NCBI GenBank assembly: GCA_021793395.1
Contig: JAJYSU010000006.1
Coordinates: forward strand, 1,534-65,533
From: Actinomycetes bacterium
GTDB taxonomy: Bacteria; Actinomycetota; Acidimicrobiia; Acidimicrobiales; RAAP-2
Reading direction: 5' to 3'
DNA: 64,000 nucleotides
Made by a program: the position numbers and the translations under genes. The notes below the pieces were generated by a model. It saw only the letters and a program-made list of their open reading frames with translations. It did no database searches and was not told the DNA's origin. Shown here in pieces: positions 49,814-63,121 of this stretch; position 1 is the first letter of the stretch; every line of letters starts with the position of its first letter.

Positions 49814-51171
49814 CACACCACCTCACTCGTTGGATCCAACACCGCGACGACCTCACGCAGGGTCGCCGCGCATCGCGCGGCGTCGCGCGCCTCCACGTTG
49901 ACCCGTACCAGCGGCTCGGTGTTGGAGGCACGCACGTTGAACCAGGCGTCGTCAGTCGTCACGCTCAATCCGTCGATCTCCTCGAGCGTCGCGCGGCGCG
50001 CGCTCCAGAACTCCTCCAGACGCGCCACGGCGGCGGGGACGTCGGGCACCACCACGTTCACCTCGCCCGAGCGCGCGTAGCGCTCGAGAGGTGCCACGAG
50101 GGACGACAGGGGTTGAGAGGCTCGCGACAGCGCCTCGAGGACGATCAGCGCGGTAATGATGCCCGAGTCGGCGCGATAGTTGTCCCGGTAGTAGTAGTGG
50201 CCCGAATGCTCGCCACCAAAGACCGCCCCCGTCTCGGCCATCACCTGTTTGATGAAGCTGTGACCGACCCGCGTGCGTACCGCGACACCTCCGCACTCGG
50301 TGATCACCTCGGGCACCGACCGCGAGCAGATCAGGTTATAGAGAACGCTCGACCCCGGGTGACGCTCGAGCATGACCGAGGCCACCAACGCCGTGGTCGT
50401 CGAACCACTCACCGGACGAGCGTGCTCGTCAATCAGGAAGACTCGGTCGGCGTCACCGTCGAAGGCGAGACCGACGTCGGCCCCCGCCTCGCGCACACGA
50501 CGCTGCAGGTCCACCAGGTTGGCCGGATTGAGCGGATCGGCCGGGTGGTGGGGGAACGAACCGTCCAGGTCCCCGTAGAGAACCTCCAGGTCGAAGGGCA
50601 GACCCGCGAAGACCGCCGGCGCGACCAGCGCGCCCATCGCGTTGGCCGCGTCGGCCACCACCCGCAGGGGCCGTAGCGACGACCGGTCGATAAAGGAGTG
50701 AACGTGAGCGACCCACTCGGCGGTGAGGTCGCGCGTGACGAGCGGCGCGAGCGGGCCCCGGGCCGGTTCGGCCAGGTAGCGTACGGTCAGCCGCTCGATC
50801 TCCTCCAGTCCCGTGGCCGATCCGATCGGGCTGGCCCCGGCGCCACAAAACTTGACCCCGTTATAGCGAGCGGGGTTGTGTGACGCGGTAAACATCACGC
50901 CGGGCTCGTCTAGGTAGCCGGACGCGAAGTACAGGAGATCGGTGGACGCCAGTCCCAGGTCCGTCACCCTCACGCCGCACGAGCGGACTCCCTCGGCGAA
51001 CGCTCGACTGAGGGCGAGACCGGACTCACGCATGTCGCGAGCCATCACGATCGACGGACGCGCCACGAAGGTGGCGAACGCCGCGCCGAGGGCTCGCGCC
51101 ATCTCCTCGTTCAGTTGATCGGGGTAGGTGCCGCGAACGTCGTACGCCTTAAAGACGGCACCGGTATCCAC
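49813..51171 (-). CDS. manB: Phosphomannomutase/phosphoglucomutase
   Basis: FKAYDVRG, TASHNP, FDGDADR, GGEHSGH, VRASNTEP. Confidence 0.93.
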   Translation of the reverse strand: MDTGAVFKAYDVRGTYPDQLNEEMARALGAAFATFVARPSIVMARDMRESGLALSRAFAEGVRSCGVRVTDLGLASTDLLYFASGYLDEPGVMFTASHNPARYNGVKFCGAGASPIGSATGLEEIERLTVRYLAEPARGPLAPLVTRDLTAEWVAHVHSFIDRSSLRPLRVVADAANAMGALVAPAVFAGLPFDLEVLYGDLDGSFPHHPADPLNPANLVDLQRRVREAGADVGLAFDGDADRVFLIDEHARPVSGSTTTALVASVMLERHPGSSVLYNLICSRSVPEVITECGGVAVRTRVGHSFIKQVMAETGAVFGGEHSGHYYYRDNYRADSGIITALIVLEALSRASQPLSSLVAPLERYARSGEVNVVVPDVPAAVARLEEFWSARRATLEEIDGLSVTTDDAWFNVRASNTEPLVRVNVEARDAARCAATLREVVAVLDPTSEVV

Positions 51172-51177
51172 GGGGGC

Positions 51178-53628
51178 TCACCTTACAGCGCGACGCGCCC
51201 GACGTCGGCGGCGCCACCACCAACCCAGTGTGACGAGCGCCGCCAGGGTGGTGAGATCGCTCAGCAGGTTGCCCACGGTCAGGGCGGGAGTCGAACCGTA
51301 GGTCAGGGACACGGTTCGTGACGTGGGTACGACGGCCATCAGATTGGGACTCACGCGGAAGGGTCCCGTCGCGCCGGTGGCGTGCCAGCGCGGATAGTAC
51401 GAGATCTTCACCAGAATCGGCACTCCGACCCGCGACACGTGAAACGAGATCGACTGGGTACCGGTCACCACGTGGGTCACCGCGACGGTAGGCAGGGTCG
51501 GCGTCGAGCGCAGATCAGCCACGCTGGTCACCCGTGGCCACGACGCCGGGCCGCTGGCGGCGAGCAGGACCGGCCAGTCCCTGGGGTTCATCCACCAGCT
51601 CACGTTGGCCGCGAGCCAGGTCGTGCGACCACCGACGTTCGCCACCACGTTGGGCACGCGCCGCAGGGGCGTGACTATCGCGCTGTGACGCACCAGGTAG
51701 ATCCGCCACTGCACCCCCGGCGACGGCCACGCCCGCGTCTGGGCCACGAAGCGTAGCTGCGGATCGGCGTTGGCCTGAGCGACCATCAGTGGGGAGAAGG
51801 CGATGTAGTAGCGCACGCCGAGCATCTGGAGATGGCGCACCCCCTCCGCGACGTCGGGTGGTCCGTAGGGCAGGCCCACCTGCGCCTCACTCGGGGTGCT
51901 GCTCAGTTCCGCCTGATTGAGGAAGTGGTACGGAGTGGTCGGCGAGGACTCAAAGAGCAGTCCCTCCATCGAGTCCACGCAGTTGTTCGTCCAGTAGGGC
52001 AACAGCATCAGCGCCTCGGGTGTGCCGAAGCGGTTCTCGCTGGCGCTGTACTCCCACATCGCCCGCCCGCACCCGTCACGACGGGCGACACGAGCCATCG
52101 TGGTGATCAGGTCGTGATACTCCGGCCAGGCCGCCTTGCCCTGGTAGCCGGAGTAGTTCCACTGAGCCCACCCCGATACCTGATTGCCACTGGTCGACAG
52201 TCCCAGCGCCGACGCGACCGGAGTGACGAGTCCCGGCACCGTCGACAGCAACCCGGCCAGCGCCACGGCCACCGTGGCGATCACCGCCCGTCGTGACGCG
52301 ACACCCGGGGAGTTGGGGGTGTGGACGGGTCGGACCCACACCTCGTACGCCTGAGCCTCAGACCCCGCGGGCGTCTTGGATGTCGCCTCGACGGGTAGCG
52401 CACCGTCGACGTCGACCGCGTCCGGGCCGGTCAGGTCGCCCAGTCGCTCGCGATCCCACACGCCCACACTCCGGGGTTCGTCTCGCGGCGCGCGTCGGCT
52501 CCAGAGCAGGGCCGCGTATCCCACGAGCCAGCCGGCACTCAAGTGGATCGAAATGAACCAGAAGGGCACCAGCCGCTCGTTCCAGATCACGCTTTGGGGG
52601 TCGGCCACGTAGGCCACCAGGGACAGAACCGTGATCACCGCGAGAAACACGCCCAGTCGATCACGTACCACGACCGCCCCGACGACCGCCACCGCGGCGA
52701 GGATGATCACCCAGCGATCACCGCCGACCCCGCCGGTCGCGTTGAACCAGCCCAAGGTCGTGAAGATGGCGTGCAACGAGCTCACGTTGCCGTTGACGTA
52801 GCCCATCGAGTTCGTCAGCGACTGGGTCGTCGCGAAGGGTAGCAACCACCAGGCGGACAGTCCCGCCGACAGCAGACCCGCACCCACCGCGAAGCGCAGT
52901 GGTCGCGCGCGGTCGCCGGGCGTGGCCGCGCGCACGTCGTCGCCGCGAGAGGCGAAGCCCGAGAACTCGAGAACGACCAACACGCCGACCGCGGCGATCG
53001 CGAAGAGCCAGGGCAGAACGTGCGCCGCCAGGGTGGCACTCAACGCGAGTGCCGCCCACCAGTACCCCCGCCCGGTACGTACCCCGCGCGCGAACAGGCC
53101 GATCGCCACCATCGCGATCGCCAGCGACAGCGCAAAGGAGTACTCCCCCGCCATCGTCGAGAACAGGTTGCCGCCGTCGATGGTGAAGGACGCGTCGAAG
53201 AGGAAGGGCAGTGTCGCCACCGCCAGCGCCGCCGGCACGGGCCGCGGCGCACGGAAGAGACGAGCCATCACGTAGGCACCGACGGGCATGAGGACCGACC
53301 CGAGGATCGTGGCCATTTTGAAGGCCAGCGCGAAGCCGATCACGTAGCTGCCCAGCACCGCGAGGTAGTCGGGCAGCACGAAGTAGTAGGTGTAGGCCGG
53401 CATCCCCGCGAACCAGCCCGGGTACCACGGCGTGAGATCGAACAGATTGCCCGTCGAGCGCAGGTACGCGGGTAGCGCGAGGTGCGAACCGGTGTCGCCA
53501 CCCGTAATCAGAGAGGACGAGAACAACAGGCTCGGGTGCAGCGACCAGATCACGACGTAGATCACCGCCAGGATCACGACAGCGTCGAGCAGACCCCCGG
53601 CGCTGACCCGGGTCCGCCACCCGCGCAC
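51178..53628 (-). CDS. PTPS-related membrane protein (GT-C fold candidate)
   Basis: GGDTGSH, WYPGWFAGMP-YTYY, GGNLFSTMAGEYS, many TM segments, large extracellular loop; GTG overlaps the CAAX stop. Confidence 0.75.
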   Translation of the reverse strand: MRGWRTRVSAGGLLDAVVILAVIYVVIWSLHPSLLFSSSLITGGDTGSHLALPAYLRSTGNLFDLTPWYPGWFAGMPAYTYYFVLPDYLAVLGSYVIGFALAFKMATILGSVLMPVGAYVMARLFRAPRPVPAALAVATLPFLFDASFTIDGGNLFSTMAGEYSFALSLAIAMVAIGLFARGVRTGRGYWWAALALSATLAAHVLPWLFAIAAVGVLVVLEFSGFASRGDDVRAATPGDRARPLRFAVGAGLLSAGLSAWWLLPFATTQSLTNSMGYVNGNVSSLHAIFTTLGWFNATGGVGGDRWVIILAAVAVVGAVVVRDRLGVFLAVITVLSLVAYVADPQSVIWNERLVPFWFISIHLSAGWLVGYAALLWSRRAPRDEPRSVGVWDRERLGDLTGPDAVDVDGALPVEATSKTPAGSEAQAYEVWVRPVHTPNSPGVASRRAVIATVAVALAGLLSTVPGLVTPVASALGLSTSGNQVSGWAQWNYSGYQGKAAWPEYHDLITTMARVARRDGCGRAMWEYSASENRFGTPEALMLLPYWTNNCVDSMEGLLFESSPTTPYHFLNQAELSSTPSEAQVGLPYGPPDVAEGVRHLQMLGVRYYIAFSPLMVAQANADPQLRFVAQTRAWPSPGVQWRIYLVRHSAIVTPLRRVPNVVANVGGRTTWLAANVSWWMNPRDWPVLLAASGPASWPRVTSVADLRSTPTLPTVAVTHVVTGTQSISFHVSRVGVPILVKISYYPRWHATGATGPFRVSPNLMAVVPTSRTVSLTYGSTPALTVGNLLSDLTTLAALVTLGWWWRRRRRARRAVR

Positions 53629-54374
53629 TAGTGTCCTCCCCGCTGGGCCACCAGGGTGGCGAAGGCGACCGCGTTGAACGACACGTGCGTAATCACGCTC
53701 GGGGTCAGTCGCTGCGTGCGCGCCACCAGCACCGCCAGCACCACCCCGAGCACCGCCAGTCCCGCGAACTGGAGTGGCTCGCCGTGAGCCAACGCGAAGA
53801 GCAGGGCCGAGAGAACCACCGCGGTCGCGAGACCGCGGCGCCCCGCACCCGCCGTAGCCGCGGCGAGGCCGCGAAAGAGCACCCCGCGAAAGAACCACTC
53901 CTCCATGATCGGGGCGCCGACGACCGTCAACAGGCCGAGCAGGACGAAGCTCACCCCCTGCGCCCCCCCGAAGAGGTGGTTCACCGGCTGGTTGAACGTA
54001 CGCAGGTGAAACGGCGCGTACGCCACGTCCACCGCGTACTGCAACACAATTCCGAGGCCCACGTACGCCACGTCCGACGCGCGCACCCGCCACTGGTGTG
54101 CCAGAGCGGTGAGTCCGCCGTGTCGCGCCGCGACGAGGATGGCGGCGGCGAAGCCCGTCCACAAGCCAACCAAGCTCAGCACGTTCTCCCACCAGGGTGG
54201 CTCGCTGGCTCGCGCCAGGGCGCTGAGCCCCCCGGGATAGTGCGCGACGCCGGCGCCCAGCGCGATGAGCAGCGTCGCGACCAGCTCACCGAGCACGAAG
54301 CCCGCCAGCGCGGCCACGAGAACCACCCCGGCCCGAACGGGAGCGTTCGGCGCACGATCGATAGTGGAGCTCAC
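53628..54374 (-). CDS. CPBP (CAAX/Abi) intramembrane glutamic endopeptidase
   Basis: APIMEEWFFRG, LFALAH, ITHVSFN. Confidence 0.9.
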   Translation of the reverse strand: MSSTIDRAPNAPVRAGVVLVAALAGFVLGELVATLLIALGAGVAHYPGGLSALARASEPPWWENVLSLVGLWTGFAAAILVAARHGGLTALAHQWRVRASDVAYVGLGIVLQYAVDVAYAPFHLRTFNQPVNHLFGGAQGVSFVLLGLLTVVGAPIMEEWFFRGVLFRGLAAATAGAGRRGLATAVVLSALLFALAHGEPLQFAGLAVLGVVLAVLVARTQRLTPSVITHVSFNAVAFATLVAQRGGH

Positions 54375-54437
54375 GATTCCCCACGCTAACAACGCCCGCG
54401 AGTCCCACCGGGGTGCAATCGCCTCTAGATTGGGTAA

Positions 54438-56462
<2,025 letters not shown>

Positions 56463-56477
<15 letters not shown>

Positions 56478-57821
56478 CGGCGCCACCACGTTGACCCCGG
56501 TCGGGTTTCCCGGCAGGGTGAGCGTCACCACCAGCGCGGGGCGTTGAGCGCTCACGACGATCGTGCGACCGTGCAGGGGACCCAGAACCGCAAAGAGGGC
56601 CCGCAGCGACACCGTCGCACCACCCGCCAGTGTCGACGTCGCGGTGACCGCGGGCACCCGCGAGGTCGCGAGCTCGCGTACACTCACCGCGAGCGCACGA
56701 ACGCCGACGTTCGTCAACGTCGCCGTGGCGAACCCTCGACCCGAGAAGTCGCTCACCAGAAACTCCCTCTCGGGGCTGGTGGGCGCCGAGAGGGACATCC
56801 CCGCCGTGCTACCGGTCGCCAACGCGGCAACCACCGGCGTCGACGCCGTGACGCGAAGGCTGGCGAACCCCGCCGCGGGAATCGCTGAATTGGGCGTGAT
56901 CGTCACTACCCCGGTCGCGCGTGCCGCCACGCTCACCGTGCGCGGCACCACGTGAAAGGACCCCAGGGAGACCGCGACCGTCACGTTGGCCGGTTGCGTC
57001 GAAGGATTGGTGACGAGAACGTCGGCCCGGGCAGCGGATGCCGTGGTGACCTGGGGAAACCAGGCGCGCGTCGCGGGCGACGACGACCCGGTCGTGAACG
57101 AGGTCACCGTCCCCGAGCGCTGAACCCCGACCACGGCGACCGCACCACGCACGACGCTCACCCCCACCCCCACGTTGTCGGTGTTGACGACCTCTCGACC
57201 GAGGTTGATCTCAACCTGATCGTGGGGACCCACGGCGAATCCCTGAAAGGGCGCGGGCGCCGCGTAGCCGGTGGCGGAGTACGTCGTCACGTTGATCACG
57301 GCCGGGGTCGCCGTGGGGTTGAAGAAACTGAGCACCGCGCTCGACCCCACCTTCGTGTCGAAGCCCGACGCGTACCAACTGGTCACCCCACCCGAGACAC
57401 ACGGCGCCAGCGCGCGAGCCTGCGCGGCCACCTCCTCGGCGACGACGCCGCCGCCCGTGATCACCGCGTCGACACCGTAACTGTGACCCCCCAGCCACGA
57501 CGAGGGGGACACGCGCATCGTCGACCCTCCCAGGACCGTCAGTTGACGCGTCACCCGTTGACCGACGTCATTCACCACGGTCACGGCCATGTGCCGCACG
57601 GTGGGCTGAGTATTGAGGAAGGACACCACCCCCGCGGCACCACCGCCCGCGCCGCTCAGACCCGTGCAGTACAGAGCGGTGGACTCGGCGTCGCCGGCCA
57701 CGCTCAGCGCACTGGGCAGCGACGTCGGGTTCGACGAGTGCGACAGGGCGCTCGCCGTCGCGGTCGCGGCCAGAGCGAGGGCCAGAACCGCGATCAACAC
57801 CCCGGGTCGCTCACGCGCCAT
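56463..57821 (-). CDS. DUF5719-like secreted/membrane-anchored protein
   Basis: N-terminal hydrophobic helix, beta-rich FFNP/VTNP repeats; adjacent to the large GT2 as in other Actinobacteria. Confidence 0.7.
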
Positions 57822-60800
57822 CGTCGCCCCCCTTCGCGTGGCGCCCCGTCGCGCCCGACCGACGACGCGCGAACCACGACACGTGATACAGCCCGGTGAA
57901 GGCAAGCCCCGCGAGCGCCCACAGCATCAGGGTCACGAGCGCGAGCAGGCCGTTCCAGGGTAGGTGGTCGAGCACTACACGAGCGGTGACCGTCGAGCCC
58001 GGCGGCTGGTGGTAGGTGCCGATCTGGTACGTCGGAGCCCACCCGTCGCTCAGCGTGCGTGGTGCGGGAGCGCCGTTGACGTCGAGCACGAAGTCACTCG
58101 CCGGCGCCAGGGCCGCCACCACTGAGGCGGAGGACGTCACCGGAGCGAGTCCGAAGAGCTCGCCGCGTAAGGGCGTCCACCCCCGCCCCGGCCTCGGCGC
58201 CTGCGCCACGACACCGTGAAAGAGCGAGTTCGCGTAGACCGCCACCGAACGAGTGCGCAGCTCGAGAGCGAGATCCGTCTGGCGCGAGAGTGCGGTCACC
58301 AGCACACCGGGAACCGGACGCAGGGGCGCCGACTGCACGTCGGTGAGCTCGGGCGCGGCGCTGTTCATCACGACGATCGTCGACACGCCGGCCTGCGCGA
58401 GTAGCGCGCCCAGGTGCACCGTGCGACCCTGCATCGCAAGGACGATGTCACTCGCGAGCACCCCCGAGGTTCGCGAATCCGGAGCCGCGAAAAGGTTGGC
58501 GCCACCGGGTAGCCCGTCGAGCGACGTGGCCACCTCGAGCCCCGGCTCGACCGACCACCCGGCCGAAGGCACCACCGACGGGTCGCCCAGCCACAGCACC
58601 CGATAGCTTCCGGCGTTCGACGGTGCCAGAGCGCTCAGTGACTGGGCGACGCTGGAGGTGGGCAGATCGAAGCGACCACTCCCCACGCTCGCCAGCAGCG
58701 GCCACAGGCCCACGACGCTGACGACGACCAGTACCCCGGCGCCGAGCTGGCGCCAGCCGAAACTCGCGTCGCGCAGGTCGACCTCCACCGCACTCAACCC
58801 CACCCCGACCAGTCCGGCCACCGTTACCGCGTACAGCACGAGGAGCACGTCCAGGTCCGGCGTGAACGATCCCATCCAGTGCCGAGCGGCCAGGTCTACT
58901 ACCACCAGGTCGAGCACGGCAATGGTGGCGAGGCGCGAGGCAATGACCCGACGCGGACCCCGCGCCAGCAGCAGACCGAGCAGCGCGGCCCCGGGTAGCA
59001 GCCAGCCGAGCCACGACAATCCCACGCCGCCGTCGACCCCGCGCACCAACTGGCTGAAGGCGGGCGTCGACCACGGACCACGAGCCAAGCCGAAGACCTC
59101 GAGCGCCCGGCGTCCCGCGATGATCACGTCGACGCTCAGCGGCGCGAGCAACAACGCCACGCCGACGACCAGGCGAATCAGGGTGCGCCCCGGGCGCAGT
59201 CGAGTGCGATCGCCGTGGTCGAACAGCCGAGCGATCACCACGCCCACTACGACGATCACGATCGCGACCAGGGTCGCCGGCGCCATCGCGCACAACACCG
59301 CGATGACCAGCATTGCCACGAGACGCTGACCCGACGCGGTGGCTCGCCAACCTCGAGCTCCGAACGCGACCGGCGCGGCGTAGGGCGTCGCGGGGTAACC
59401 GGTCACGCCCAGTAGTTCCAGGACGCGACGCATCGCGAAGGGCAGCCCGGCGACCACTACCAGCACGTCGACGCGCCCCTGACTGATCATGGTGAGCCCG
59501 ACCGGCAGCGCCAGATAGGCGAGCGCCGCCACGAGTCTCGCCCGATTCGACACGCGCGCACCGAGCAGGCGCGCCACACCCCACGCCCCCACGGGCGCGG
59601 CGCCAATGAGCATCAGACGCGGCAACACGCCCATGCGCCCCACCACGAAGGTGCCGGCCACCGCGAGAACGCCGTAACCGGGCGAACCCGGCGAACCGCT
59701 ACCCAGTCCGCTCGAGGACCAGGTAGCGAAAAAGTGACGCCACGTCGTCCACCACGAGTCGAGCGGAGCCAGTCGCCCGATCAGGGGCAGTGGCATCGCC
59801 ACGAGATTGCGCGAGCCGATCGCCCACAGTGCCACGGCCACGAGTACCACCGTCGCCTGGGAGCGAAACGTCGTCAGGAACCGTGACGGCCGCCGGCGCT
59901 GCTCCATGCGCGGGTTCTCGAGAATCTCGTCGAACTCCTCGAGGTCGGCGAAGGCCGCCGCGAAACCCACGCCGGCGTCGGCGTCGTCCAGCACGTTGGG
60001 CTCCGGGGGCGGCAGGATCCCGCGGGCCCGATCGAGGCCCTCGCGGGCCAACGTGATCAGAAAGCGCCGTAGCCGGGTGGCCCCCCCCTCCTGGAGGCGA
60101 CGCAACTGCGCGTCGGTCAGGACTCGCATCGCCTCACGCTGGCGGCGCCGGTGACGCAGGTGCGTGCGGTGTCGTGCCACCCAGCGCCAGGAGCCGACAA
60201 TGGCCCGGGCACGCTGCGTGTCGCGTCCGGCCACGGCGACCACCAGCTCCATGATCTCCATCGCGACCAGGAGCGTCAGGGTGAACGCCACCGTGCGACG
60301 GTGCCCCCCGGTGGAGACCACCATCAGCCGGTGGCGTCGTTGCAGATCCTGGAGGCTGGCTCGTCCCACGCCACTCGCGGTGACGAGTCGCTCCCCGCGC
60401 GCCAAGGACTCTCGGTGCGCCACGACCGCCGCGGGGGCGACCACGATGCGCGCGCCGGCCAGTTGCGCGCGCCAGCACAGGTCGAGGTCCTCACCGAGAG
60501 CGATGATGAGAGGATCAAACCCCTCCAGGGTGGCGAACAGGTCACTACGCACCAACGTCACGCCGCCGGGCGCCACGAACACGTCGCGCTCCAAGTCCTG
60601 TTGACCGTCGTCGATCTCGCCCGGCTCGAGGCGTTCCTTCACCACGCCGAAGCGGTCGCAGGTCTGGCCCACGTGCAGCAGCACCAGCGGGTCCTCGTAG
60701 GAGACCACCTTGGGCGTGACCACGCCGGCGTTCGTGCGAAACGCCGACTCGACGAGTCGCTGCACCGCGTCCGGGGCGAGGCGCACGTCGTCGTGGCAGA

Positions 60801-61068
60801 ACAGAAAGAAGGCCGACCCCTCAACCATCAGTGAGGCCTCGTTGCAGGCGGCGCCGAAGCCCCGATTCTCGGCCAGCACCCGCACGAAGGCGGCCGGCGC
60901 CACCGAGGCCACCCGCTCCACCACGTGGTCGTGATCCCCGTTGGCCACGACCAGCACGCTCAACTCGGGATAATCCTGCGTCGCCAGCGACGCCAGCGTG
61001 GCTTCCAGGCCCGGACCGGGCGCGGTAGTCACGACGACGGCGACGACGGCCGGGGCACGGGTGTCCAT
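57811..61068 (-). CDS. Large family 2 glycosyltransferase with multi-TM C-terminal region
   Basis: ENRGFGAACN, FCHDDV, GEDLDLCWRA, then many hydrophobic segments and an extracellular domain. Confidence 0.85.
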   Translation of the reverse strand: MDTRAPAVVAVVVTTAPGPGLEATLASLATQDYPELSVLVVANGDHDHVVERVASVAPAAFVRVLAENRGFGAACNEASLMVEGSAFFLFCHDDVRLAPDAVQRLVESAFRTNAGVVTPKVVSYEDPLVLLHVGQTCDRFGVVKERLEPGEIDDGQQDLERDVFVAPGGVTLVRSDLFATLEGFDPLIIALGEDLDLCWRAQLAGARIVVAPAAVVAHRESLARGERLVTASGVGRASLQDLQRRHRLMVVSTGGHRRTVAFTLTLLVAMEIMELVVAVAGRDTQRARAIVGSWRWVARHRTHLRHRRRQREAMRVLTDAQLRRLQEGGATRLRRFLITLAREGLDRARGILPPPEPNVLDDADAGVGFAAAFADLEEFDEILENPRMEQRRRPSRFLTTFRSQATVVLVAVALWAIGSRNLVAMPLPLIGRLAPLDSWWTTWRHFFATWSSSGLGSGSPGSPGYGVLAVAGTFVVGRMGVLPRLMLIGAAPVGAWGVARLLGARVSNRARLVAALAYLALPVGLTMISQGRVDVLVVVAGLPFAMRRVLELLGVTGYPATPYAAPVAFGARGWRATASGQRLVAMLVIAVLCAMAPATLVAIVIVVVGVVIARLFDHGDRTRLRPGRTLIRLVVGVALLLAPLSVDVIIAGRRALEVFGLARGPWSTPAFSQLVRGVDGGVGLSWLGWLLPGAALLGLLLARGPRRVIASRLATIAVLDLVVVDLAARHWMGSFTPDLDVLLVLYAVTVAGLVGVGLSAVEVDLRDASFGWRQLGAGVLVVVSVVGLWPLLASVGSGRFDLPTSSVAQSLSALAPSNAGSYRVLWLGDPSVVPSAGWSVEPGLEVATSLDGLPGGANLFAAPDSRTSGVLASDIVLAMQGRTVHLGALLAQAGVSTIVVMNSAAPELTDVQSAPLRPVPGVLVTALSRQTDLALELRTRSVAVYANSLFHGVVAQAPRPGRGWTPLRGELFGLAPVTSSASVVAALAPASDFVLDVNGAPAPRTLSDGWAPTYQIGTYHQPPGSTVTARVVLDHLPWNGLLALVTLMLWALAGLAFTGLYHVSWFARRRSGATGRHAKGGDDGA

Positions 61069-61115
61069 CAGTCCACCAAGGCTAGTAGGCCCACCAGGGG
61101 TGGGTGGCGACGCGG

Positions 61116-62009
61116 TCACGACGGACCGTCGTCGAGCGAGGTGACGACGTCATCCAGCGACCGTGACAGCGCCGTCGTCGGCTCCCAGCCCGTGAGATCG
61201 CGCAGTTTCGTGGCATCCCCGCGCAGAATGGGTAATTCCACCGGACGCACGAGCGCCTCATCGCGTACGAAGCGCGCTCCGGGAAGGATCCGCGACGCCA
61301 GCTCGCGAGCTACCTCGGCGATCGACACGTCACGACCGGACGCCACGTGATACGTCTCACCGATGACCGCGTGGCGCGCGAGCATCACGTAGGCCCTCAC
61401 CACGTCGCGCACGTCGGTGAAGTCCCGCCGGGCGCTCAGATCCCCCACGGCGACCTCCTCACGGCCGGCGGCACGGGCCTCGAACAGTCGACGGGCTAAC
61501 GCCGGCACGACGAACGATGGTGCCTGACCTGGTCCGACGTGATTGAAGGGGCGCACAATCACTACCCGCTGTCCCCGACGCGCGGCCTCGCGCGCGACCT
61601 GCTCCGCCTCGAGCTTGGACGTGGCGTACGGATTCACCGGCGCGGGGGTCTGGCTCTCGTTCAAGGGCAGATCCCGCTCGTCGACGACGCCGTACACGTC
61701 CGCGGTGGAGACCACGACGACGAGGGGGTCGTGCCCGGACTCTCGCGCGGCGGCCAACACGTGGCGCGTGCCGGTGACGTTGACCCGCGCGTAGCGGCGC
61801 GGATCACGCCACGACTCGCCCACGTGCGACAGTGCGGCCAGGTGGTAGACGACGGCGGGCGCGGCGGCGCGAAGCCGCGCGGCCACCGCAGCGGCGTCGG
61901 TGACGTCGGTCTCGCGGTCGAGGGGCACGACGACCTCACCGTCGGCGCGTAACCGCGCCACGAGGTGGCGACCCACGAATCCCTCGGCTCCCGTGACGAC
62001 GATGCTCAC
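61116..62009 (-). CDS. GDP-sugar dehydratase/reductase (Rmd/Gmd-like SDR)
   Basis: VTGAEGFVG, YHLAALSHV, YATSK, RPFNHVGPGQ, RRDFTDVRDVVRAY. Confidence 0.88.
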   Translation of the reverse strand: MSIVVTGAEGFVGRHLVARLRADGEVVVPLDRETDVTDAAAVAARLRAAAPAVVYHLAALSHVGESWRDPRRYARVNVTGTRHVLAAARESGHDPLVVVVSTADVYGVVDERDLPLNESQTPAPVNPYATSKLEAEQVAREAARRGQRVVIVRPFNHVGPGQAPSFVVPALARRLFEARAAGREEVAVGDLSARRDFTDVRDVVRAYVMLARHAVIGETYHVASGRDVSIAEVARELASRILPGARFVRDEALVRPVELPILRGDATKLRDLTGWEPTTALSRSLDDVVTSLDDGPS

Positions 62010-63121
62010 GGCCTCACCGCCATCGCGTAGGCGCGCCGGTGCTGTGCGACCGACGCGTCCCAGGTGAACAGTTCGGCCCGACGCCGCGCGGCCCGCCCCG
62101 CGGCGGCCCTCCCCTGCGCGTCCAGCGCCAGCGCGTCGGCGAGCGCGCTCGCCAGGGCCGTCGCGTCGCCGACGGGAACGAGGGTGACCGCGCTGTCGCC
62201 GATCTCGGCCATGACCGTCTCGGCGCTGGTCACGACGATCGCGCCGCACGCCAGGGCCTCCAGCACGGGCAGACCGAACCCCTCGCCCCGCGACGGATAG
62301 GCGACGACGCGGGCCCGACGCAGCAGCACCGGTACCAGGTCGTCGTCGACGAAGCCGAGGCGCCGGATTCGCGCGGCGGCCGGGTGACGCGCCACCAGAG
62401 TCTCGAACGAGTCGCCCCACCCACGCTGGCCCGCGATCCAGAGTTCGACGTCAGGGTCCTCTCGTGCGAGGACGGCGAAGGCCTCCAGGAGGACGTCGAG
62501 GCCCTTACGCGGCTCGAGAGTACCGACGAAGGCCACGTAGGGCACGTCCGCGGGCCACCCGGCGCGACGGACCCTCTCGTCGTCGTCGTCGCCGCGAGAA
62601 TCGAATCGCGCGAGGTCCACCCCGTGGGGCGCGACGACGACCGGCGCGTGATCGGTCAGGACCTCGTCGAGGACGCGCGCGGTGTACGCGCTGACACTGA
62701 GGAGGACCGCGGCGTGGTGCGCGGCGTACGCGATGGCGCGGCGAAAGTACTGCACTTTGGCTCGCTCGTGCCACTCGGGGTTGGTGAAGAACGTCAGATC
62801 GTGAAGAGTGACTACGCACGGCGTGGCGCCGGTGCGCGGCATCGTGTAGTGAGGACCGTGCCACACGTCGGCACCACGCGCCGCCGATCCTCGTCCCAGC
62901 GCGACGGCCTCGTAGGCCAGGCGCAGGGGGCGCGCGGCGGGAACCGGCGTGACCACGCGCGACGCCGGAGACCACGCGCGCCAGCGCGCGGCGTCACCAC
63001 GGCGGGCCACCAGCGTGACCTCATCAGCCCCGCCGGGCAGCCGCCGCGCGAGTTCTACCACGTAGCGACCGGCGCCGGCCGGACGTTCGGGCACCGCCGA
63101 GACATCGAGCGCGACTCTCAC
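62006..63121 (-). CDS. Family 4 glycosyltransferase
   Basis: VGTLEPRKG, YPSRGEGFGLPVLEALACG, FTW. Confidence 0.92.
   Translation of the reverse strand: MRVALDVSAVPERPAGAGRYVVELARRLPGGADEVTLVARRGDAARWRAWSPASRVVTPVPAARPLRLAYEAVALGRGSAARGADVWHGPHYTMPRTGATPCVVTLHDLTFFTNPEWHERAKVQYFRRAIAYAAHHAAVLLSVSAYTARVLDEVLTDHAPVVVAPHGVDLARFDSRGDDDDERVRRAGWPADVPYVAFVGTLEPRKGLDVLLEAFAVLAREDPDVELWIAGQRGWGDSFETLVARHPAAARIRRLGFVDDDLVPVLLRRARVVAYPSRGEGFGLPVLEALACGAIVVTSAETVMAEIGDSAVTLVPVGDATALASALADALALDAQGRAAAGRAARRRAELFTWDASVAQHRRAYAMAVRP

Noticed and set aside
51178-54192. 1004-aa version of the PTPS-related ORF (apparent fusion)
   Set aside because: The extension overlaps the CAAX gene out of frame; a coupled GTG at 53628 explains it better.
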